This document shows positions 10,201 to 19,700 of a stretch of 48,075 nucleotides of DNA, one piece after another. The first letter of the stretch is position 1; every line of letters begins with the position of its first letter. The stretch comes from Clostridia bacterium (GTDB lineage Bacteria > Bacillota > Clostridia > TANB77 > CAG-465). Made by a program: the position numbers and the translations under genes. The DNA is taken from contig JAVXNL010000004.1 of NCBI GenBank assembly GCA_036645795.1, positions 1 through 48,075 on the forward strand. Direction: 5' to 3'. A model generated the notes under the pieces. The model worked only from the letters and a program-made list of their open reading frames with translations. It had not been told where the DNA came from and searched no databases.

Positions 10201-11616
10201 GTACTTTGGATTAAATCCCGTTGTTTCTAAATCAAATACACAAAAAGTATCGCTCTTTGTAGATTCAGGTTCAATATCTTGAGTAAGATATCCCTCTACC
10301 CCATATATAACTTTAGTAGGTGCTACATCAAGAACTTCTTGTGTAGTAGGATATCCTTTTTCTTTTTTTACCAAAGAACTAAAGGCTTTCATTATAGTTC
10401 CATGAGCTTCTGGAAATGACTGTACTACGCCATGATCTGTTATAGCTACAGCCTTATGTCCCCATTTTATGGCCTGATTTACAATAGTTGATACAGGGGT
10501 AATAGCGTCCATTGCACTCATTTGAGTATGCATATGTAACTCTACTCTTTTTTCATTTGCATTATCTTTCTTTGCTTCTACTTTTTCACCTTTTATTATG
10601 TTTTGTATCATTATAGTTATTTCTTTTGAGTAAGTATCAAATTGTGGTCTACCTTGTAAATCAATATATTCACCTTTGTTTAATTTGGGTTTTACATCAC
10701 TATATCTTTTTTTGTCTAAAAACATTTTACAAGTTATTGTACTTGTATAGTCTGTTACATCTAAAGATACTAACATTTTACCACTTTTTAATTCTCTTGC
10801 ATCTATTTGAAATATACATCCAGATATACATACTCTATCTTGATTAGTTGTAACATCTTGCACTTTTATACGTTCAGTCGTAGAAATATTTACACCATAC
10901 AAGACATTTTCTGGTTGAGGACTCCCTATTTTTCTAGCATCTTCTTTTTCTTCTTCAGACATAGGCGGTCTTTTAAAATAATTTTCTTTATTTCCACCTT
11001 GAGCACTACTTGATTTATTCACATTCGCATTTCTTTTATCAGAGCTTTGAACATTTTCCACAAAGTTTTGAGCTCTTTTAGAAATCGGTATATTTTCAAG
11101 TTTTACTCTTGTTAATCCATCTCCAACACTGGCTTTAGCACTTTTTTCTTCTGTTATACATATGCTATACTTTAAACCATATTCTACTTGCAAACACTTA
11201 GCAATGTATACATCTATCTTTTTTATATTCAAAAATCCTGCATAAGGTTTTATTAGTACTATATTTATTTGCATTTGAGATTTTTCAATATCTATCTTAC
11301 AATTTTCAAATATATCTTGAGCATATACATATTTTTTATTTACATTTGCAATTATATTTTGTATATCTACTACATCTAATTCTCTCTTTTTCCCTGTATA
11401 TTCATAATCTATTTTAAAACTTTTTAGATCATAGGCTTTACATGCTCTTTTCTCAAATTCTTCAAGTTCAAATAACGATATATCATTATCACTTGTTGTT
11501 TTTATAATAACAGCATTAAGCTTTTTTGAAAATTTAACTTCTTCAACACACGCATCACAAAATTTACTACTTTGATCCAAACAATTAAAAAACACATCTT
11601 TTACTACTTTTTTCAT
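7201..11616 (-). CDS. polC: DNA polymerase III alpha subunit, PolC type (Gram-positive replicative polymerase with intrinsic 3'-5' exonuclease)
   Basis: 1471-aa ORF. It has the PHP motif HMHTQMSAMD, an inserted DnaQ-like exonuclease (FCVFDLETTGF, HNSKFDMSF, HRAINDV), a Cys4 cluster CKKCKY...CPKCG, and polymerase core motifs GSRGSVGSSFVA and EPDIDLNF. Confidence 0.97.
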   Translation of the reverse strand: MKKVVKDVFFNCLDQSSKFCDACVEEVKFSKKLNAVIIKTTSDNDISLFELEEFEKRACKAYDLKSFKIDYEYTGKKRELDVVDIQNIIANVNKKYVYAQDIFENCKIDIEKSQMQINIVLIKPYAGFLNIKKIDVYIAKCLQVEYGLKYSICITEEKSAKASVGDGLTRVKLENIPISKRAQNFVENVQSSDKRNANVNKSSSAQGGNKENYFKRPPMSEEEKEDARKIGSPQPENVLYGVNISTTERIKVQDVTTNQDRVCISGCIFQIDARELKSGKMLVSLDVTDYTSTITCKMFLDKKRYSDVKPKLNKGEYIDLQGRPQFDTYSKEITIMIQNIIKGEKVEAKKDNANEKRVELHMHTQMSAMDAITPVSTIVNQAIKWGHKAVAITDHGVVQSFPEAHGTIMKAFSSLVKKEKGYPTTQEVLDVAPTKVIYGVEGYLTQDIEPESTKSDTFCVFDLETTGFNPKYDKITEVAVAKVRDGKIVDEFTTFVNPERPIPLPVQQLTHITEDMVKNAPTVDKMLPKFLEFTKGSILVAHNSKFDMSFIKHYADEEKLEVCNGVIDTLTIARELYPNFENHKLGTIAQELGVSLEGAHRAINDVRATVEIFLQMSKDAQKKNVEIYDYMYTNLEEEAKKLPYYHIIILAKNYEGLKNLYKLISYSHLRYFNKRPRIPRSLLNRYKEGLIIGSACERGELYQSIYNKESPEKIEKIANFYDYLEVQPLGNNQFYLDKGMLSSKEELININKEIINLGEKLNKTVVATCDTHFLNPEDEIYRRILMAGQGYDDADKQAPLYYRTTEEMLEEFDYLTPEKAYELVVTNTNKVADWCDRISPISDEKCPPHIDGCEKEIENIAMTKAKELYGDSLPDIVQKRLEKELESIIKNGFSVMYIIAQKLVWKSNEDGYLVGSRGSVGSSFVANMTGITEVNSLQPHYRCKKCKYSDFSDFGVKNGFDLPDKKCPKCGEALVKDGMDIPFETFLGFNGDKEPDIDLNFSGEYQAKAHKYTEVIFGKGTTYKAGTIGTIADKTAYGFVMKYFESKQKTLPAAEINRLSKGCTGIKRTSGQHPGGIIVVPKGREIYEFCPVQHPADDPRSSIITTHFDYHSIDKNLLKLDILGHDDPTMIRMLQDITGVEPISIPLDDKETMSIFSCTDALGVTAEQINSEVGTFGVPEFGTKFVRGMLVDTRPTTFEELLRISGLSHGTDVWLNNAQTLIQEGTITLSEAICTRDDIMTYLIKKGLPPNPSFKIMECVRKGKGLTEEQEGLMREYSVPDWYIGSCKKIKYMFPKAHAAAYVTMAFRIAWFKVHIPIAYYASFFSIRADEFESESMIHGKEKVKLRMKELDMQGNTISQKDKNMYPILELVLEMYERGIKFLPVDIYISDSKKFLVEKEGIRPPLSSLSGFGEVDAEKLVEARKKGKFTSIEQMSIASKLGKVAVETLRVEGCLAGMPRSEQMDMFDLLG

Positions 11617-11801
11617 GCTTCCTCCAAAACCTCTTTTTAAGATATCTACATTATACTCTTTTTTTAGATATTTGTCTACACTCTTGGGCTAGCTTTATAA
11701 AAAATAATTCGTTGACCTGTTATAAAAAAGATAAAAAGTTAAACATTTAGTATTTATAATTTTTAAATACTATTTTAATATATAATCTATGGCTCTAAAC
11801 T

Positions 11802-11830
11802 AAAAAAACGTGAATAACTCACGTTTTTTA
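11802..11830. terminator. Rho-independent terminator downstream of the mreB-family gene
   Basis: Stem acgtga (11808-11813) / tcacgt (11819-11824) with a 5-nt loop. An A7 run and a T6 run flank it, so it can function on either strand. Confidence 0.65.
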
Positions 11831-11833
11831 TTT

Positions 11834-12850
11834 TTAAAATTTCTTTATTTTTACTGCATTTCCAGATTGTAATAACTCAATATGATTTAATGCTTTACCC
11901 GTACCCATTGCAACGCACGAAACCGCATCCTCTGCGACCATAACTGGTATTCCAGTTCGTTCCTCTATTAACTTTTCAAGTCCATCGATTAATCCTCCGC
12001 CTCCAGTTATGTATATACCTCTCTCTGATATATCTGCTGAAAGTTCTGGTGGAGTCTCTTCTAATACTGCATGTACACCATCTACAATTTGCTCAGCACA
12101 AGGTTTTAGTGCTTCATACATTTCCTCTGATGTTAGTTCTATTTCTACCGGAAGACCTGTTGCAAGATCTCTTCCTTTTACACTCATATGCTCAACTACA
12201 GTTTTTGGATACATACAACCTATATTTATCTTTATATCTTCGGCTGTTCTTTCTCCAATTATAATATTACGTTTTTTCTTTATATAACGAATTATTGCCT
12301 CATCAAACTTATCTCCAGCAATCTTAAGTGACCTACTTTTTACAGGCCCACCAAGTGATATTACAGCAATATCTGCTGTTCCACCACCAATATCTAAAAT
12401 CATACTCCCATATGGTTTTCCAATATCTATCCCTGCACCAATTGCTGCGGCAATTGGTTCTTCTATAAGATAAACTTTCCTTGCTCCTGCATGAGTTGCC
12501 GCATCTATTACTGCCTTTTTTTCAACCTCAGTTACACATGATGGAACACAAATCATTATTCTCGGAGAAAATACAAATTTACCACAGACTTTACCAATAA
12601 AATACTTAAGCATTTTTTCTGTGATTGTATAATCAGATATTACTCCATCTTTTAATGGTCTAATCGCAATAATATTACCTGGTGTTCTACCAAGCATTTT
12701 TCTTGCTTCTTGTCCAACTGCTAAAACTTCATTTGTATTCTTATCTATAGCTACAACAGATGGTTCTCTTAAAACTATACCTTTTCCTTTTACATATACA
12801 AGTATAGTTGCTGTTCCTAAATCTATTCCAATATCTTGTCCAAATAACAC
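11834..12850 (-). CDS. mreB: MreB/Mbl-family actin-like rod-shape protein
   Basis: 338-aa ORF with actin-fold motifs DIGIDLGTA, RTPGNIIAIRPLKDGVISD, DIGGGTADIAV and YITGGGG. It sits immediately downstream of spoIIID, as mbl does in Bacillus subtilis. Confidence 0.93.
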   Translation of the reverse strand: MLFGQDIGIDLGTATILVYVKGKGIVLREPSVVAIDKNTNEVLAVGQEARKMLGRTPGNIIAIRPLKDGVISDYTITEKMLKYFIGKVCGKFVFSPRIMICVPSCVTEVEKKAVIDAATHAGARKVYLIEEPIAAAIGAGIDIGKPYGSMILDIGGGTADIAVISLGGPVKSRSLKIAGDKFDEAIIRYIKKKRNIIIGERTAEDIKINIGCMYPKTVVEHMSVKGRDLATGLPVEIELTSEEMYEALKPCAEQIVDGVHAVLEETPPELSADISERGIYITGGGGLIDGLEKLIEERTGIPVMVAEDAVSCVAMGTGKALNHIELLQSGNAVKIKKF

Positions 12851-12880
12851 TATTTTTTCCTCCGTTTTCTTTCTGTTACA

Positions 12881-12909
12881 ATTATATTACATTTCTATTG
12901 CAAATGCAA
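12881..12909 (-). promoter_or_regulatory. Possible SigA-type promoter for the mreB-family gene (TTGCAT - 17 - TATAAT on the minus strand)
   Basis: The reverse complement of 12904-12909 is TTGCAT and that of 12881-12886 is TATAAT, with a 17-nt spacer. Consensus match only. Confidence 0.4.
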
Positions 12910-12973
12910 TAAATTAGATAAAACTTGTCAAATTTATTCAATCTTTTCACATTTTTTTAAAATAATATTTACC

Positions 12974-13258
12974 TTAACAAATTTTTTCATGCTCACGTTC
13001 ATATTCACGTTCATGCTCATGCTCATATTTCATTTTTGTAGCAAGACCACCCCTTATATGTCTTTGTGATTTATTTATTTGTAAAACTTTTTTTGCCTCA
13101 ATTGCAAGAGACGGATTAACCTTTTCTAATCTTTGCGCTATATCTTTATGTACAGTTGATTTGCTAATATTAAACTTTCTAGCAGTTGCTCTTACAGTAC
13201 TTTTTGTTTCAATTATATATGTAGCAAGTATTTTTGCTCTTTCCTCAATATCTATCAA
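12974..13258 (-). CDS. spoIIID: Stage III sporulation protein D (mother-cell HTH transcription factor)
   Basis: The sequence IEERAKILATYIIETKSTVRATARKFNISKSTVHKDI...SQRHIRGGLATKMKY aligns with my recollection of B. subtilis SpoIIID. The maximal ORF runs to ATG 13300, but that ATG has no SD. A TTG at 13258 follows GGGGAGAG by 4 nt and gives an N-terminus of the usual length. Confidence 0.85.
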   Translation of the reverse strand: MIDIEERAKILATYIIETKSTVRATARKFNISKSTVHKDIAQRLEKVNPSLAIEAKKVLQINKSQRHIRGGLATKMKYEHEHEREYEREHEKIC

Positions 13259-13425
13259 ATTACTCTCCCCTTTTTTATATTCGTATTTATATTTATACAT
13301 TTTCTTAAAACTTAAGTTATATTAATATTTTATTCAAATCAACTAAATTTATGCTCAAATTTTAATACTTTTTGTCTAAATTCGGTTTATTTTTTGCTTT
13401 TTGCTTTTTATATTATAAACATATT

Positions 13426-14583
13426 TTAATTAAATATACTTGAAGGATCTATTATTTGATTATTTTTATAAAGCATAAAATGTAGATGGGGTTCATCTTT
13501 TATTTCACCTATTGCAGTATTTGATATTTTTCCTAATATTTGACCTTTAACAACATTTTGCTTTTGACTTACATTTGTAGCATTTGCTAGATTAGAATAA
13601 CTACTTTTATATCCTTGACCATGATCAATTACTACCGTAGTTCCATAAAAAGAATCTTCATATACTTTTTGAACAATTCCTTTTTCAATAGCTTTTACAT
13701 TTTGTCCAATCTCTCCTTTTATATCAATTCCATCGTGTGTTTTCCAAAGTTCTAATGTTTTAGAATATATTACTTTATCTATTGAATAAATTTTTTGTAC
13801 TTCACCTTGAATTGGTTTTGAAAATTTTAGTGGTTGTATCTTTGGTGCCTCTTTAATTTTTATTGGAACTGTTTTTACTTTAGCATCTTCTTTTCTTGCA
13901 ATTACTTTTGTTTCATTTGTTTTTGCTATATTTTTTGTATCTTTATTATTTACCTCACTACTACTTTCTACAGGAGCATTTGGACTTTGTATAGTAGTAT
14001 CTATATTACTAGATACAGGTATATCTTTTGTACTAGCATAGGTCAAATAATTTTCTTTTTCAAAAAGATTATATGCTTTAGTTGCAATTACAACACTTGT
14101 ACCACCTAATATAACCATTGCTATTAGCAATAAATAGTAACTCTTAGAAATCCTATTTTTGTTTAAAAACAAGTTTTTTAAACAACTCTTTTTAAAATCA
14201 ACATTTTTATTCCCCTTCCTTTTTCTTTTCATATCACTTTTTTTACTACCGCATGAGCAGTCTAAATTTTCTTCTAAAACTTTAACTATACATCTATTTT
14301 TCACAAGTTTTACTCTCATGTTTTTCTTTACTTTTTTTCCATCACCAAAATAAATTTTCTTTACTCCTAAATTGCTTTTTATAGGCCCATTACTTCTTGA
14401 TTTAGAGCTTAATTTACTACTTGTTGGTACTTCTTCAGTATCACTTTGGTTTTTCTTTAAAACAAATTCTGAGCCCATTCTTTTATTTTGCTTATTTTTT
14501 TGATTTGCCAAATTTTGTATATTATTTTTTATATATTTTACTTCTCTTTTTTTTTCAAATATGTTTTTTATTTTTATTTTCAT
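13426..14583 (-). CDS. spoIIQ: Membrane-anchored M23/LytM peptidase, SpoIIQ-like by domain and synteny
   Basis: 385-aa ORF with SD AAGGAG upstream. It has one TM segment (YYLLLIAMVILGGTSVVIA) and a C-terminal LytM domain with intact metal ligands HDGIDI (HxxxD) and HLHF (HxH). It lies between spoIID and spoIIID, as I recall spoIIQ does in Clostridioides difficile. Confidence 0.7.
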   Translation of the reverse strand: MKIKIKNIFEKKREVKYIKNNIQNLANQKNKQNKRMGSEFVLKKNQSDTEEVPTSSKLSSKSRSNGPIKSNLGVKKIYFGDGKKVKKNMRVKLVKNRCIVKVLEENLDCSCGSKKSDMKRKRKGNKNVDFKKSCLKNLFLNKNRISKSYYLLLIAMVILGGTSVVIATKAYNLFEKENYLTYASTKDIPVSSNIDTTIQSPNAPVESSSEVNNKDTKNIAKTNETKVIARKEDAKVKTVPIKIKEAPKIQPLKFSKPIQGEVQKIYSIDKVIYSKTLELWKTHDGIDIKGEIGQNVKAIEKGIVQKVYEDSFYGTTVVIDHGQGYKSSYSNLANATNVSQKQNVVKGQILGKISNTAIGEIKDEPHLHFMLYKNNQIIDPSSIFN

Positions 14584-14622
14584 TTTATCTTCTCCTTATG
14601 TTTTTTGTTATAAATTTCAAAA

Positions 14623-15651
14623 CTACTTAAATGTTTTTATATCTACACCCTTATAGTAATGTTTTATAATTTGTTCATAATTTTGTCCTTGGTTTGCCAA
14701 AGTATCTGCGCCGACTTGACTAAGTCCTATTCCATGTCCATTACCAGTAACATGAAAAACTATACTTTTGTCTTTTATTTCAATAGTAAATTTTGTTGAT
14801 TTAAGTCCATATATTACTCTTAGTTTTTCTGCGCTTATTATATTTTGCCCTACTAATATATTTTTAACTCTACCACTTGTAGTGATTTCATTTATACAAA
14901 TTTTTTTAACATCTTCTTCAAATATTTCAGATATTTTAATATTTGTTTTTAGTTTTTCTATAAAACTTGAAAACTCTTCTTCTACAATACTTGTTCTATT
15001 TAAATACTCTTCGGATTCACTGCTTTTAACTGAAACTAAATATGGTAACTTCTCACCTCCCCAAATTTGATCTATATTTTCTGTCTCGTCAGGACTGCTT
15101 GCATGAAAAAAAGCTTTTATATATTTTCCATCATATACTATTGCTTGAGTCTGTGTTGCAACTACCGCTTCATTTACTTTTCTCCAATATTTATTTCTAG
15201 TTTCCTCATCAAATCCTCTACCTTTCCATATTTCAAATATTTTTTCTTTTGTATAAAAAGCTTGACAATGTTTATAGTCATCACATATATCACACTCATC
15301 GCCTTCTGCCCCGTCTTCCATTCGTTTATATGTGTATGTTCTTGCAACTAAGGCTTGTGCTTTTAATGCTTCTATATTGTATGATGGAGGCATCTCTGAT
15401 GGAAGAACCCCTCTTATATAATCATTCATATCCATTGCTACTACCTGACCGGTCTTGGTAAACTTTACTCTTATTGTTTGGTTTGATTTATATTCTATTA
15501 AATCTTTTTCGCTTTCTTCTTGCTTGGCAATTTCTTCTTTTTGTTTTTTAGCAATTCCTGCATTTTTTAGCATATTTACACAAAAAAGCACTGCTGTAAG
15601 TATTATTAAGATAGCTGTAATTGGGTATAAAAAAACAAGCCTATTTTTCAA
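14623..15651 (-). CDS. spoIID: Stage II sporulation protein D (SpoIID lytic transglycosylase)
   Basis: 342-aa ORF with a TTG start preceded by AGGTGA and an N-terminal TM segment. It has the SpoIID-family stretch EALKAQALVARTYTY and, near the C-terminus, GNGHGIGLSQVGA. Confidence 0.88.
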   Translation of the reverse strand: MKNRLVFLYPITAILIILTAVLFCVNMLKNAGIAKKQKEEIAKQEESEKDLIEYKSNQTIRVKFTKTGQVVAMDMNDYIRGVLPSEMPPSYNIEALKAQALVARTYTYKRMEDGAEGDECDICDDYKHCQAFYTKEKIFEIWKGRGFDEETRNKYWRKVNEAVVATQTQAIVYDGKYIKAFFHASSPDETENIDQIWGGEKLPYLVSVKSSESEEYLNRTSIVEEEFSSFIEKLKTNIKISEIFEEDVKKICINEITTSGRVKNILVGQNIISAEKLRVIYGLKSTKFTIEIKDKSIVFHVTGNGHGIGLSQVGADTLANQGQNYEQIIKHYYKGVDIKTFK

Positions 15652-15776
15652 TATATATCACCTACTAATATATATTCATAGACTTGTTTTTTTATTACTG
15701 TTTGTCCAATTTTTTTGTTATTTTTATAACTTTTTATTGTTTTTATTATTTTACTAAATTTTTAATAACTATTTTG

Positions 15777-16229
15777 TTATATATCTCTTAATGTTCCTAC
15801 ACATTTTTTAACTGTAATTAAATGGCTAGTACTACCATTTTCAAACATTACAAATACAATTTCTCCATCATCTACTGATTTCTTGCAAAGTTCTACTAAA
15901 TTTCGAGATTTTTTTGATATTTTAAATTTTTCATTGCTAATTAAATATTCTATATATTCAACCATCTCTTCATCTGATACATCACTCTTTTTATACTCTA
16001 TTGTTTTTGTTATAACTCCATTTTCTGTAGAAATTCCTGTACTTATTACATCTTTTTTGCCTACTACTGTTTTAAGTGATGGAATTTTATCTGCTCCTAC
16101 TTTGTATTCATTAGAATTAGCTGTATTTGAAACCGCAACTTTTATTCCAACTATCGCAATTATTGCAAGTACTGCAACAATTGCTACTATTATTAAAAGT
16201 ACTTTTAAAAACTTTTTGATAACTCTCAC
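15777..16229 (-). CDS. Small N-terminally anchored protein, paralog of 22392-22835 (function unknown)
   Basis: It aligns with the 22392 gene: KKFLKVLLIIVAIVAVLAIIAIVGIKVAVSNTANSNEYKVGADKIPSLKTVVGKK versus KKFLKIFFIIIGVIATLIIALIIGLKVISSNTTNADEYKMGEDLIPSLKAVVGKR. The start codon is uncertain; see the finding at 16218-16240. Confidence 0.6.
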   Translation of the reverse strand: MRVIKKFLKVLLIIVAIVAVLAIIAIVGIKVAVSNTANSNEYKVGADKIPSLKTVVGKKDVISTGISTENGVITKTIEYKKSDVSDEEMVEYIEYLISNEKFKISKKSRNLVELCKKSVDDGEIVFVMFENGSTSHLITVKKCVGTLRDI

Positions 16230-16250
16230 CTCCTTTTATATAGTAATTTT

Positions 16251-16697
16251 TTACTGTAACAACTTATTTTTTTTAAAAGAATATGGTATCTCATCATCTT
16301 TTACCTCTATATTGTCACCATTTCTCCTATATACAGCTATATACCCTGCATTATATGTTACTACTCTTCCTGAATCACCATATTCTATACTTTTTATTCC
16401 TTGTAATTCTTGAATAAGTTGTCCATGATTTTTTCCTTGATAATCAAATCCTATTCCATTTTTCTTATCCTCTTCAAAACTTTTAGCTGCATTAAAATTA
16501 GAATTATAATTTGGATCTGTTTTATATAAAGTGTTATTTTGAATTTCTCCATTAGACCCAATAGAATCTATATTTTTTGTGGCAAATTTATTTTTTTTAA
16601 TCACAAAAGAAACAATTACTACAAGAATTACTAATACCACTAAAGCTCCTATTATAATTAGCCATGCAAGTTTTGATTTTTTATTTTTTTTTGCCAT
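16251..16697 (-). CDS. Small N-terminally anchored protein (function unknown)
   Basis: 148-aa ORF with SD GGAGGA 7 nt upstream of the ATG. It has a basic N-terminus plus one TM segment (LAWLIIIGALVVLVILVVIVSFVI). It is tightly packed in the operon. Confidence 0.6.
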   Translation of the reverse strand: MAKKNKKSKLAWLIIIGALVVLVILVVIVSFVIKKNKFATKNIDSIGSNGEIQNNTLYKTDPNYNSNFNAAKSFEEDKKNGIGFDYQGKNHGQLIQELQGIKSIEYGDSGRVVTYNAGYIAVYRRNGDNIEVKDDEIPYSFKKNKLLQ

Positions 16698-16724
16698 ATC
16701 TTATTCCTCCAAAACAAATATTTT

Positions 16725-19700
16725 TTATTCAAAATCATCTGCTGCTCTATTATCTAGATCAAATAAAGCTACTGTTCCTCTAATCTTTTCGTATTGCGCT
16801 TGACTTGTTATTCTAAACTCTCCATTTTCTAATTGTATCATTAGATTTTGATTGTCTGCAGTTTCACCAGCTTTTATTCCTAAATAACCTTCATAATCCC
16901 ATTCTGTTGTATTTATACTTTGCTGTCCTTGTTTTTCCTTATTTTTATCATTTATATTATATGAGACTCTAATTTTGCCATTTGTACCACTTACACAAAC
17001 GATATCAAATTTAACTCCAATATATCCGTTCTTTAATGGATTATTTATTGAACCACCACTACCAACAGCTATAGTTGAATTAGGTAATTTAAATTCTCCA
17101 AACCAAGTTTGAATAAATTTATTATCACTATATGCCATCATATTATCAGTTATTTCAAACTTTTTACTAATATCTAATGACTCTAATTTATTTGACATAT
17201 CCTCAGTTATTGGTGTATCAGAAACACTTGCTAAATATCTATATCCATCATTTGGCTTAAATGACATTGCATAACCACTATCTTTGAACTTTTTATATTT
17301 ACCCTTTGAATCTTTATAATATAATTCTATATTATCTTTAAATTCTCCTGATTTTGATACATAATAGTATGAAGGTTTTATTTCTATTCTTCTTTTGTCT
17401 TCTTTTTTATTTACTGATTTAGAATCATACATTCCACTTGTTTTAAGATCAAAACTTATTCTATATCCCATCTTAGGTGCTTGTATATATTGACCCGATA
17501 CATGTTTGTATGGTCCAAGTGGCATTATTTTTCTTATTGAACTATTAGGCACATATATATCATCTCTATCTGTTATTGTATTTATATCTTCAGTATAAAT
17601 TTTTAACCTTTTAACTCCTGAGAAATAAACATTTCCTGTTAAATCATTTACTTTATTATTTGAACTTGGCTTCTTAAATACATCCTTAAAGTTTAGATCT
17701 GTACTATCTGTTATTTTAAAATCGTACACCCTTCCTATACTATCAGTTTGTACTTGATTTCTAATAAAATAGTATGCATCTTGTGCCATACTTGTATATG
17801 TAAGTGATGTTTTTGCAGAAAGATCACTATGCATTTTTTTTGTAACCTCACTTGGATTACATACGTTTTGTGATGTTAGCTCAACTGGCCAGTTTATAGT
17901 TTTTGCATTATTTATATATTTAGTTGTATTTATTGTATTCGCCGTATCTTTTAATATTTTGCTTTCTTGATTTAGTATTTCTTTTTGTAATATATAGTCA
18001 TTTAAATCCGTTTCCGGCATGTTTTTTGATACGCCAACTATAACTAACCTATTGGATGAATTAGATATATAATCAACATTTTGTTGATCTGAGGTAGCTT
18101 TAGCACTAAATTTGGTAGTTCCATTTGAGCTCTTTACTATTTTTATAGGAATACCTCTATCTATTTTTTCATTAGCCCTAATGGTTGATTCTTTTCCAGT
18201 ATTTAAATCTCTTATTATTGTAGGGACAGTAGTTATTATATCAAAATCAAACATTAAGTAATAATAATCTAAGAAGAATTCATTTGTATTTAATCCTGTA
18301 TAAATCATACTAGAGTTTACTGGCTTTTCAATATTTACATCAAAATTAGCATTTTTTTGTATTACATTATTTATATTAGTAGAACTATCCTCTGTGTGAT
18401 TAACTATTGTATCTGAGGATACTGTTACTTTACCCATTTGTAAAGGAGTATACACATCTACAAATCTTTTATTTTTTGTATCTACATTCTTTTTTACAGA
18501 AGATGTGATATTTTTAAGGACGTCATATTCTACATATGTAGCTATTCCTGAACCTTGTCTTAATCCATTATATCTATTCATTGGTATATTGTACCAACTA
18601 TTAAAGTCAGCTCTTTTTGTTATATTTTGATTCCCTTTTGTACCAAAGTTTTTTTCTATTTCATCCTCAGTTGGTAATACTTTTACAAGTTTATAATAGT
18701 TGTTTGTTATACTTTGAATCTCATCATCAAATTGTTTTGTTAAGTTAAGTACAACCCCATTTCCATTTCCTACAAATAAAGTAGCTCTATCATTTATTGA
18801 GCCAATAATCCTTCCTTTTGCACTTTTTTCAGGATCAGATTTGTTATTATATTCGCCATTAGTTAACTTATTTACTACAAAATTTGTTAACTGATATTTA
18901 CCATAATTTGGTTTTGTAGGATCGCCTTGTAAATCATATTTTAAATTTTGTAAACAAAATTTTGGTGCCGTTATATATGGTTGTATATCCCTATTTGACG
19001 GTGTGAATATAGTCTCACATGGATTACCAGTTGAAGAAGCTGAATAGTCTTTGCTAAATATGTTTATATCTGGTATTGGTTCAGGTAGTGTTGTTTTGGA
19101 ATAAAAACATACCACTACTGTATAATCGTCAGAACCACTTAAAGGTGTTCCTGTTTTTACATAAGATGTACTTGAATCATAGAAATTTCCTGATAAAGCA
19201 ATATTATTCTCAGCACTAAAAAGTGATGTTCCTTTAGCTGTCATTGCACCTTTATATTCATATTTTTGGCCGGCCAATGCATAAGTCGTTGATCTTGATA
19301 TTTGCATAACACTCTTCGGTCTATACCTATAAAATTCTGGATAGTTATCTCTTAGTGGCGATCCATCAGGCGCTCTTCCATTTGGTGCACTCATTGCTAT
19401 ATTAGATAACACTCTTATTTTATCACTTACCCAACCAGGATTGTCTAGAGCATTTAACATTTCTATTTGTTTATCACTTGCTATCTTGTCTAGTGATAAT
19501 TTACTTTTGTATGTTTTACCTAAATTTTTTACCTGCGCTGGATCATTCATGTTTACATCAGTTACATCTACATGTTTTACATATACTTTTCTTTTAGGTA
19601 GATCTAGTGGTACACTATAGCTTTTATATACTGGAGTATTGTATGGAAATACAGCACAAAATCTTTGTGAAGCAGGAAGCTCTTCTTTTGATACCTTAGA

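Noticed and set aside
13301-13425. SigE-type promoter upstream of spoIIID (for example the CATAAATT element), and likewise upstream of spoIID (15652-15776)
   Set aside because: SigE control is expected from established biology. By eye I found only partial -10-like matches, with no convincing -35 element at the correct spacing. Such matches are frequent in DNA this AT-rich, so I make no call.
7244-16803. Numerous 60-176-aa plus-strand ORFs antisense to polC, mreB, the M23 peptidase gene, spoIID and the small anchored genes (for example 7967-8215, 12009-12287, 13834-14109, 14768-15070, 15883-16413)
   Set aside because: All lie opposite well-supported genes and have low-complexity S/F/I/L-rich translations with no ribosome-binding sites. 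They are typical shadow ORFs in AT-rich genomes.
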